A stretch of 64,000 bases of DNA from Thalia democratica. Its lineage: Eukaryota. Position 1 is the stretch's first letter; every line of letters begins with the position of its first letter. Below are positions 25,301-36,200 of this stretch, in pieces. Where the stretch lies: NCBI GenBank assembly GCA_965202585.1, contig OZ241829.1, positions 22,134,001-22,198,000 on the forward strand. Direction: 5' to 3'. The translations under genes and the position numbers were made by a program. The notes beneath the pieces were generated by a model. It ran no database searches. It saw only the letters and a list, made by a program, of their open reading frames with translations, and was not told the origin of the DNA.

Positions 25301-28300
25301 TAAGACTGCAGGTATAATACTTATGAGAAAATTTAATGATTTTTGTATAGTATGTAAGTTTTTTAAAGTATATAAATAAATAGTTTATGTTTATTCAAGG
25401 CATCAATGGGCTTATATCTTCTATAAAAGTAAGTTTTTTCTTATATATATTTTTTTATGATGAGAAGCTTACCATATTTTACAAGACCTTATTTTATTTT
25501 TCTGGGTTAATACTAGTGATGTCTACTATAATGATCTGTGCTAAATTCAGCTTTTAGTTAAATTTTAAAAAAATTCTTATCGACTTACATGATCACAACT
25601 GAAGGTTAAAATCTGGCGCGCTTTAGACCCAATAAACCTGAAAACCAAATAATAATACCCAACATATTAACTTCTAAAGAATTTTAACACCAACAACTAA
25701 CCCATTTGGACCGAGGGGCGACGGATTAACATTAGTGATGCTTGCTATAGTAATACGTGCCTTTATTAAATTAAATAAAACATTTATATTGTCTTATAAA
25801 AACACTACTCCACCTGAAAGTGAATACCTGATTAATTAGACTTTTTAATATATTAAACTTTAAGCATTTGTTAAACACATGTTACCACAACAACTAACCC
25901 GTTGGGGCCGAAGGGTAACGGGGGCGGGGGACCCATCCTCATCCTCATGTTTGGGTGCCTCATGTTACCGCGGGGTCCGCCCATGTTGTTGGGATGGTTG
26001 CCATGGCGATACCTCATGTTGGGGGGCATCCTCATCATGGGGTGAGGGGGCATGCGTAAGTGGGGCGGGGGGATTCCCCTGAAGTTAGGAGGCATCATAT
26101 GAGGGGGAGGCATCATGTTGCCAGGGTGATTGTTGTTTCCAGGATGTTGGTTGTTGTTAGGGTGGTGAGGGTGGTTTTGGTTGTTGGGCATTCTTTGTAA
26201 TGGCGGGGGATCCTGTAAAAAGTTGAATAAAAAAAATTGAATTTGATAAACTAATGCAACTTCTCTGGAAATAATGTAATAAAAATACATAAAAAAATTA
26301 AGGGGTCAGTGAACCTTTTAAGTTTTTATGTAGGATTAACTTAAGTTAATTTTTAAAATTTAAGTAATTTAGTCAGTAAAAATGTTAATAATACAGAATG
26401 AAATTACACCACATATATAAGCAATTGAAAACTGTGTTACAATTTATACAAGAGATCTTTTACCAACCTGCATTTTCGGGTTTCTTATTTTAAAAGGAGG
26501 TATGACGTTTTTATTTTCACCATTTTCTGTTGGAATTGGCGTGGCTGACTTGCTTGTGTTGTTTGGTTTTCTATTAACAAAAAACATAAAAACAATGTAT
26601 ATAGAATAAAAACACACAATGTATTCTAAGTTATAAAAACGACCACAACTTACAGCTAAACATTTAAACAAGTACCGTCCTTTTTACCTACTAAACAAAA
26701 AAGAGCAATATAGTATGATATTCTTACTAGGATGTTATAATTTAACTATATAATACTTATCACAAATACAAACTTGTTAATATTGGGCGTTAAATAGTTT
26801 ATTTCATACAAAAGTGTTTACAGACTTGTTAATATTGGGAGTGGAGTAGTCTTCAGACAGCAACTGTTTTTCGAGATCCGCAGCGTTGGTGACAATCTTG
26901 CAGTTGAGCGGCATATTGGCTTGCTGCTGCGGCTCGGGTTTGCTGGTCATGTCTGTAGGCGGTTGTTGAAGTAATGTTGATAGAAACAATGTCGGGTCCT
27001 GTGCGAAAATTTTATTACATTCAAGCAAATAAAATATAATGTTGTGTGCATTAAAGGCTTACAACTAACTACACTCTCATTACAAACTCAAAAATAGTTA
27101 TATTAATTTATAGAAATCTTATAATTAAACCATAATTATGTATATATCATCTGTATTTTAAAATATTTCACCAATAATTCATGAACATAGGAAAGTAATT
27201 GACAAGACTTTAACATTATACCTATAAAACTAGATTTTTATTTATTACCGAATAATATATTATTTATTCCTGAAACTGACCTCCAAGTCAAACTTGTCCA
27301 AAGACAAATCCAAATCTGCCATCGACGAATCGAGAGCCTGGCCGAAGTTCATAACGTCTGCTGATTGGTTGAAATTCATCTCATTAGGTGGTAATTGGTT
27401 GTTGAAGTGCACCGGCGTTTTTGATTGGTGGAAATTAATTTCTGGTGGATTTAATTGGCTGTTGAAGTCGATGGGTGTTTGGTTGCCTGGAGTGTTTGAA
27501 TTTGCCAAGTTCATCTGTAATAACTTTATTTTATTTTTCGAGTTTTTAAAAAACACAACAATAAAACAAATTTATTATAAAATCTTACTTTCAAAATTAT
27601 TTTAACTCAAATAACTGATGAAATTACTATAACATATTACATTGAGTTTTGCTTTTTAAAGTTTTATTTTCGCAGTTGCTAAACCTGAAAGCTATTTATG
27701 TAAAATGCTTCAAGTTATGAATCTAATCAGTAGTTTCAAATTTTTATTAACTAAAATAAGTTTAAACTCACCAGCAAATTTGAAAAATGGTTCTTAGTTC
27801 CGTTTTGTATTGGTGTAGGCGTGTGAATTCTGTAGAAATATATATTTGCTTTAAAGTTTCATGTTTTAAAACACATACTTTAAAAAATTAACTGAAATAC
27901 AAATTATACTAAATTACTACCGTATTGAACTCAAGTATTTCTCAAGTATAAAATTAATTATAACTAACTTAAGCATTAACTTAAATGAATCTGCATGCTA
28001 TTTCTAAAGCACAACAAATAAAACTATTTTAAATAAGTTTGAAGTAAAAAAAAAACATTTAAAAACAAATTTCAACTACAAACTTTTGCTGCTGTGAAGT
28101 TTTCATGCTCACAATTGAAGGATCAATATCGTCTGGGGGATTATTTTTGAACAAGTAGTCGTAAGCCCCCATGGAACTCATGAAATCCGCGCCCTCCGTG
28201 GCTAGGCGATTGTCGCCACCCGCTGTAAAGTGGCGATTGGTTGCCAGGTTATTGTTGTTGGTTGCTAAGTGATTGTTGGGGGACATGTGGTGGTTTTTAT

Positions 28301-31300
28301 GGTGATTTTGGAAGATTCTGTCTTTGAACGAGTGGCTGAACAGGTTGGTGATTTCCTTGTCTGTAAAATATACTATTTTAAACTTGTTACTTTTATTAAG
28401 ATAAATAAAATAATCCAACGAATTAAAAAAAACACACAAATTTTTATTGCACATTCAATTTCAAAACGTTTTCGATAGTTTTACTCTCTTTGCAATAAAC
28501 TTAATAAAACAAAGCTTTTAAAATTTGAAGTCTTAAAAAATCACAAACGAAGGTTGCCTGTGTCCTGGACAGATTAGAGTGTTATGTTCGGTATATAAAG
28601 CTTGTCTTATTTTCTTAATTTATAAGTATATGTATAAATAAAATTGCTACTATTAAAAACGTGCTAATATTGTAACTTAAGGTTAGTTTCAATAAATATT
28701 TCATCATTTTTTCATAAAGCTGAACTTAGTAAATTAAACAATTTACTTAAAACACAAAAAAAAAACTTAACAAATATAAATAAATTATCATGTAAAATTA
28801 TTGCTTTAATACATTTCTTTTCATTCAAATTTTATTTAAAAATTGAAACCGGGCTAATTTTCACACAAAAATATCAACCTTGTTCAGTGTCAGGCTGCAT
28901 GATGAAGTCGTTTTTCAGGTTTTTGCTGAAATCGGGAATTTTATTATTGTGTTCTTTCAGGTCTGGCAATTTCAGATCCGGCATCTGGAGTTCCGGGTTC
29001 CAAAGCTCGTTCAAATCGAAATCGTCTGGAAAATAGCAATACTTTAATTACATAAACACTACTTTTAAATTTACTGATTTCAACCTAGTTAGGATTCTGT
29101 TTTCAATTTAGCAAAAAAAAATATTAAACAAAGTTGTTTCTGTTGAACGTAAAAATAATTTACGAAACCTTCTGGAAAGAATAAAATAAATAAACACCAG
29201 TTTAATTGCTTTCCAACTGGTTAAAACTTTTTTATTTCGAAAGTTTTCATAATGTTAAAAAAAAGTGTATCTTTAATTGCCTTTGTTTTTTTAATTACCA
29301 AAAAAAACGTAGACGATTTAACACTACTAAACAAATAAAGTTGTCTTTGTAGAAACAATGATAAACAAATATAATACAAATAACAACTTGTTTTTAATTA
29401 TGAATAATTTTAATGACTAATTTTCGGTTAAAATGGTGACATACAAATGACTATAACAAATTAAAAAGGTTAATTTGTAAATGTAAAGACAATTACACCA
29501 GCATAAATATTTAAACAGTCGTAAAAACATACAAGGTACAAAGTATAAAAACTAAAATATATATAAAAAATCATTTTCCAAATGGTCACCAAAAATTTTA
29601 TTATTCATTACACAAATATTTTAAACTTTTTATTAAAAATTAAATAAACTGCAAACCATCTTCCAAATCGCCACTAAAAGTACATAAATATTTCAAAATA
29701 AAAATTAAAAATTAATTTTAAAAACTAAATAAATAAACAAACCATCTTCTATATCGCCACCGAAAGTTTCATCGTTGATCACATCGATATTTGCTTCTTC
29801 CTGGTCCGTGTTCTCTCGAATGTCCTGTCAAAATTAAATTCACATTTTAACAATTCGTTCTGGCTTTTACAATACCCTGTTTTGAGGTTATTAAACAATT
29901 TATTAAACCACGTGATATATACACAGGTGTTTCTTAAAAACTACACAGAAAACAAATATTGTACCATTCTACATTTTTTTAAAGTAAAGCTTATTTAACT
30001 TGGTCTGTGTTTCGCAAATGTCCTGTGTGGAGATTGTTACAAATGTTTATTTACCTTAACCATAAATAGCACTAAATAAGAATTTTCAACGGTATTATTT
30101 TACCGCCGTTTTTATTGCTGCTAAACTTAAAAATATATAATTTATTAAAACTAGTATCTTATACACCAAAGTTTCTCAAAAAAGCACAAACAAACTATAA
30201 ATTATAATGATTTAACTATTAGAGTAAAACTAACTTAATCTTATAAAAACGTGGTTGTTATGATCGAAACCAAATAATTTTTTAACTTTTTAAAAAACAT
30301 TCATTAAACATTAAATTCTTTTCTATTTAAACTTTTCTAAAACCATGTAATAAGTGTGGGAAATCTGACTAAATACTTAATACTGTGTTTGAGCTGGTAA
30401 CAATGAACTCAAAGTCAAGAACATGACAATACTGGTTGAAATACTTTTCTTTGTTGGCAGTGTAAACAAATGGATTATTACAGAGCCGTTTGTAATCTTT
30501 GTTATTACTAAGATTGTTGTAGGTATAAACCGACAGAATTATGGAGAATTTTAGCAAGTTCAGTAGAAAAAACGTGTGAAACTAGTTTGTTTTACACACA
30601 GTAAATTATGTCCACAAATTATTATTTGCTATAACATATGGATAAAAAACTATACCTTTTAAAATATTTCAGACAAAACCAGTTGTTTAATTTTTCCTTG
30701 AACGCAAAATGAAACTGTATATTTTGTTAATAAACTATATATAATCATATATATAAGGTTGCCAAATGTTTTTGGCAAATTTTTCCCAGGTTTTCAAAAT
30801 TTCTTCCAGGTTTTTAAAAGTACACATTTTAGGTCTATTTTTAGTTTAAAGTTAAGTTTAAGGTATTAAATTGTGTTAAATAGCATAAAAACATTGAAAA
30901 GCTATTTTAAATGTGTTTTTTGGTATAAAAAAAAAGATTTGATGATGACAAAAAAAATTAATCTGTATAAAATATTTTTGTGTCAAATTGAAATTTTACT
31001 ACTAAACATGTTAAAATTGTTGAAAATTAAGGTTTATTAGCCTAAATTGTCAAGTTCCAGGTTTTCAGGCAACCATGTATATAGTAATAAACAAAACAAA
31101 AATTTAAATTAAAATACACTATATTGATAAATACGTTTATATAGATATATAATGAATGTTAAACAACAAACAAACCTTTAAAAAGAAGCCGCCTCCGTCT
31201 AAACTAAACTTAAAAATAAACATGTTCATAGATTCTACATTTCATGAACTACGACCTTAATTACAAAAATATTTCATCTTTTACTCATTTATTATCCAAC

Positions 31301-31362
31301 AAACAAACCTTCAAAAAGAAGCCGCCTCCGTCGAAAGTCTTGTTGTCGTTGTTGGACGCCAT
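16335..31362 (-). CDS. PATL1: PAT1 homolog (mRNA decapping activator / P-body scaffold), 20 coding exons, 941 aa
   Basis: Exons: 31309-31362, 29743-29824, 28879-29025, 28084-28360, 27772-27829, 27281-27514, 26826-26998, 26468-26570, 25899-26212, 22824-23072, 22353-22488, 21703-21808, 21226-21320, 20310-20372, 19534-19604, 18801-18912, 18212-18355, 17170-17289, 16936-17009, 16335-16548. All introns are GT-AG with consistent phases; total 2826 nt. Recognised Pat1 motifs: N-terminal NDETFG, Pro-rich middle, DPYSGLMSIKDKEWVIRIQ..DYYYQ, SLGKLTTSSVYNPRQII, IRKGKKLMVR. Confidence 0.93.
17332..18040. mobile_element. hAT-type non-autonomous element in a PAT1 intron
   Basis: Perfect 12-bp TIRs CAGTGGTCGGCA / TGCCGACCACTG; perfect 8-bp TSD ATTTAGAG (17324-17331, 18041-18048); subterminal (g)tgcaccc repeats. 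Confidence 0.92.
24114..24125. promoter_or_regulatory. Palindromic CRE (TGTGACGTCACA) in PAT1 intron 9
   Basis: Perfect 12-bp palindrome containing the CREB/ATF consensus TGACGTCA. Function not shown. Confidence 0.35.
30754..31077. mobile_element. hAT-type MITE in PAT1 intron 1 (same family as 47953-48355)
   Basis: Termini taaggttgcc / ggcaaccatg. Internal ccaggtttt repeats and the block cacattttaggtctatttttagtttaaagttaag are shared with the 47953 copy. Confidence 0.7.
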
Positions 31363-33273
31363 TTCAAACAAAAATACAAAATAAACTAATTACAAGGCTG
31401 TGTGTGCTGTCAAATAAAACAATAAGTTATAATGTAATAAATTAGTTCACAATTCGGTTGAATGTAGGATATAAAACAGTGGACAAAAAAATAAGTTTGT
31501 TTTTATGTTATCTTAAAACGTTTTTGAAACACACAGCTTTAATTTCAATAAGCAAAAAAAGTTGTTATTAACTTTTTTTTTTTAATGCTACAGTCTTCTA
31601 TTTATGAATTTATTTTAGAGAAATACCATTAAACCTAGAAAAACAAACCGCTGTTGATAAACTGAAAATTATGGCATTTAGAATTTTAATTTAAATTTTA
31701 TTATACTATTAACTCTAACTTTTAAATAAATACTTGTCGAAGCAGAGGCTTGAACAAGGTCCGAAAGCACCAAGGTAAAAACAAAAATTTAAACATATAT
31801 AATTATGATGACTAAAAATGTTTATATAAAAATAATTGTTAGATGATACAAGTTGAAGTTCTCGGAACGCAACTTGAAGCTTAAGCTAAAAGAACTATCA
31901 TTTATTTGTCGTTAGGGAACCAAGTTTAAAGACAAAAATGGAAAACTAAAACAGTAAAAACTTGTTTTTAGAAGATGCTTTTCAAAACAATAAAAGGCAC
32001 ATCAACATAAATTTGGTTGTACACTTTTTTGAGAGTTGAAATAATTGCACAATCTCTGTATATAGTGGAATATTTGACAAATAACTACAAAAAATCTTTA
32101 TAAAATGATTATTCATTTAAAAGAAAATATTAAATATAAAAATCAACAAAGAACTGTGAACAGTGATCGCTGTAGAAAACATGGGGCTTCAGCAGAATCA
32201 AAAATATTTTAAAAAAAAATTAAAAATATTAAAAATTTAAACAATTTCTCAAATCCCAAAATAAACGGAATAAATTATAACATTTTGTTTTTAGTAAAAT
32301 ACACAATTTAAACGTTTTTCAGTCAATTTCTGCAAAGCTAACAATGTAAGAAAAACAAAACTTGATGTTTTCAATTAAATTAGTACAAAATTTGTCCGTA
32401 GAAACAATCGAAATGTATAAAAAATCCAGCAGAAAAAAGTCAAAAAAAAAAACATTATAGTACAGCTTTTTTTCAAATCTCCTAGAGCAGTTAATTGTAA
32501 TTTAAATTTTTCACAGCATTCAAATTAAAGTTAGAGAGAGCTTTTAAGAGCCGTGCATAACCTATTAAAATGCTAGTTGTATGATTCATTATAAATATAT
32601 AACTCAAATAAATATGTATCAATGGCTGTTAAATTATATTGTTTTTAAAATAGCTAAAATTTGCAAGTAGAAAAATTAAGTTTAAAAACATAAAATTTTG
32701 CTGTAGCTAACATTTTGACTGAGCTGAATTAGTTAAAATAAATTAAAAATATTAAAATGTATATCAAAAAAAGTTTTTATCTTGCAACATCCACTAATAT
32801 AACAGCATGATCTACAGAACTGTTTGACAAAAAATGTTTTCCCGACAAAACAAGATTTTTTTGTGATTAGCCGATAACAGCGGTTAACATTCTTCCCGCC
32901 AAAAAATACTGATAGAGCTAGCTTGAAAATGATAAACGGAGTCCTGCAAATTGATATCAACTTAAAACTGAATCCAAACATTTGGCCATACAACTACAAA
33001 TTAAACACTTGGATTTTTTTCCAGTAGCGAAGCCATAGAGGAATTCAACGGAAGACATTACAATAAAAACTAGATTTTTATACCAAAAAGTGGAAGACTC
33101 AAATAAATAACTCAATGTTTTGGTCGACGCAAAACTTAAATTAAAAAATTGTTTTTTATTCACTAGAACAGTCGAAAAAACGCTTAGAAACTAAAAAAGC
33201 TCTCAGATTGGAAGATCGGAACGCGATTGGCTCAATTGAAACAACGGAGCTTTTGGGGCCTTCTGATTGGCTC

Positions 33274-36200
33274 TCACATGAAGTAGGGGGTGGCCACCCT
33301 GTTGGGGACTTCCCTTTCCTCATCCGGAACCGCGCTGAACAAAATGGGTTTTTTCTGATTCGGGTTGTCGAAGTGCAGAATCGCCGCCACGTTTCCACAT
33401 CTGTTGAGAAATTTTAATTTTTAATTTTAAATATATTTAATTTATAAATTCATTTTTTAATTGATAACTTTTCTCTTGAGTTTCTGTTCATATTTTAAAT
33501 GTTAAACACAAGTTGATTGTTTTTAAAAGCATGAAAACTTTATTATAGTTATTTTGGGCCTTCATCAACTAAAATTGCTTAACTGTTTAGATTGAAAATT
33601 CAAGCGTATAAATGAGTGATTTAGCTGTGTTTATATAATAAGTTTTGTCTTGGCACTAACTTTTATTAAAAATAATTAAAAAGTATTTGAACAAGATTGT
33701 TAAAATATTTTTGTCCTATATTATTAAAAATGTTCTAAATTGTATAAGGGTGTCAAATCGAGCGCTTATTCACGTGAAAAATCAGTTATTTAAGTGGCTG
33801 TTACCCTATTGAGTTAATACAATTATTTATAAAACATTTATACTTGTCTTAAAAAAAAACCATACCTGTAACAGTAATTGGGTGCGGACCATACAGTCAC
33901 CAGTTTATCATTGAACACGTATTTGTATCCTTCCATTACCAACTGGTGAGCCCTGCAAATCAGCGATAAACTGTTCATGTCTTCAAATTGTGATGTTACC
34001 TGTTGAAAATGGTCAAATTACAATACATATATAGATGCATATGTCAAATACTAATGCGTTATGTTTTAGTAAGGCCTGTGATGAAAAAAAAATTGTTGAG
34101 TTTCTTTTATACAGTTTAATGAACTTGTGGATAAAAAAATAAAAGAGCCCACTTGAATTAAAAAATAGTAGGCACATTCTCAAAAACTTAGTTTTATTCA
34201 AAACCGTTTTATTTGAAACAAATATCAAGAAAAAAACTAACACTAAAAGCTTTCAGCAAAGCCATTAATAATCTTACTCACATAAAAGAATTCTCACATT
34301 TTTGCTTTCAACATTAAAGTTTACTTGAAAAGACAATTTAAAATAAACTCACTTTCTCACCAAACAGCCACCCTGCCCCCCTTGGCGATGCGGACCACGT
34401 CGCGATGTCTTCGGGGTCCGACCACACGAGGTCGCAAAACGGTCCCTTGTGGGGAATTTCTTGCAATCTGCAAAAAAAAAATAGTTTCAATTAGGCGTTT
34501 CCATATATTTATATTTTGTGCAGGAATTCTTGTAATCCAAGTATTATCTAACTTTCAAAATAGAAAAGTATTTATTTAGTCCGAAAATAAATAATTAGCT
34601 ATTGTATCATAACTAATTGATCGATTTCTTGTAATCTGAAAAATAACTAGGCTTATTTATCAACTAGAACAGTATTTGCAATAAAAATCATGCAATTTCA
34701 ACAACTACTAGCAGATCAACTTCTGTAGCTTGTTTTTTAAGTGTTCTAATTATTAAAGTATGCACTTAACCTCAGTGTGGCAATAAAAAATTAATTATAA
34801 AATTTTTGTTAATTATAATTATTAAAATGTTTATTGGCTTGTGTAGAACCACATAATGATGCTTTGTTAGAAATATTATTTGTATAAATTATTTCTTAAT
34901 TACTTTTATCTTGTTTTACGTTGAATTATTAATTTCATTATAAACTAACTATTGTTGGTTTAAAATTCTATAGTTGTTTTAACTGCTTTTAAAATATGAA
35001 TTACTGTTGAGAAAAAATAACTACTAACTTGTTAAAGGCATGATTAGTTTATCATTATGATAACAAGACAAATGTTTATCAATTCTAAGTCACAGTTAGA
35101 TTAGATTAATTGATTAAGGTAGATCTACGAGTACCTCTAATTGCAAATTAATTGTCATTTTAAACTTCAAATAGCTGTTTTGGTCTATTATGTTTTACGC
35201 ATTTAAGATAAACCTAAACAAATCTATCACTGACAATTTTTATTTCAGCCAGAAACAAACATAGCTACCAACAGTTCTTATTTGTTCCAAGGTCCTGATA
35301 TCAAAGACAAACATACTTGTTATCTATCATTATTTAAAACCAATACCAACCTGTCAATAGTTCTTATTTGATCCAGGGTCCTGATATCGGGGCTGAGACC
35401 GCCGTGCAAACAGAGTATCTGGGAATCGATCAGTGCAGCGATGCCCAGCATGTCAAACACTTTTGTTATGTACCTCCAAGCGTTGCTGTTGCCATACTTC
35501 ATCAAGCACTCGTCGTAAAAACCGTATATCTGCGTTACCTGGGTTAGAGAAAGAACATTTCATGAAAAAAAAATTTAGTTAACAATAAATAATATTATTA
35601 AAAACGTAGCCCCCAATAAGCTTAAAAATTCATTTTTTTTTTATATGTAAATGTTTTGAGATACTTCACTAAGAATTTGTCGTAAAAGTTGTGGTTACCT
35701 ATTTAAGAGGTAAAATTTTATAATAAAGTTTAATTTTAAATATTCTTTGTTTAGGTTAATTTGCAATGGTAGGTTTAAAATTCATTGTTTATAAAATGCA
35801 AACATTTATTTTTGAAATTTTGTTTTTGATGTTTCTGAGTAAAATGGTTTGGTTTTAATGTGAAAACATTTGACACGTATAAATTAAACTCTGTAGTCAA
35901 AACAAAACATTTAAAATATCAAGTCTAATGGATACCTTTTTAAAAAGATCTAACAAACAAAAGTTTTTGTTCTTTATTATTTATTGGTATTTCATGTTCG
36001 TAAATATAGGTATAACAAAATTGAATGGTAAAAATTATCAAACTAGATCAATAATATGACTATTGTATCAACACCATTTAACTTTAGAAATAAAGGAAGC
36101 TTTATCAAATTAACTGCAGTAATAAATATATTTAAGTACTACCAAGAACTGTTTATTTCTAACAATTTCTTTGTTTTCTACTTGGAAAATTGACTAAATA

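Noticed and set aside
25879-26082. Plus-strand ORFs in the supplied track overlapping PAT1, NSA2 and PPP6C exons (e.g. 25879-26082, 27294-27605, 28269-28478, 33208-33417, 41361-41564, 42411-42626, 43668-43865)
   Set aside because: They are antisense shadows of real minus-strand exons, which are GC-rich and so depleted of stops.
28543-28570. Possible 16-nt micro-exon in PAT1 intron 3 (gtccag|gacacaggcaaccttc|gtttgt)
   Set aside because: Not needed for the gene model, would shift the frame, and has a weak polypyrimidine tract.
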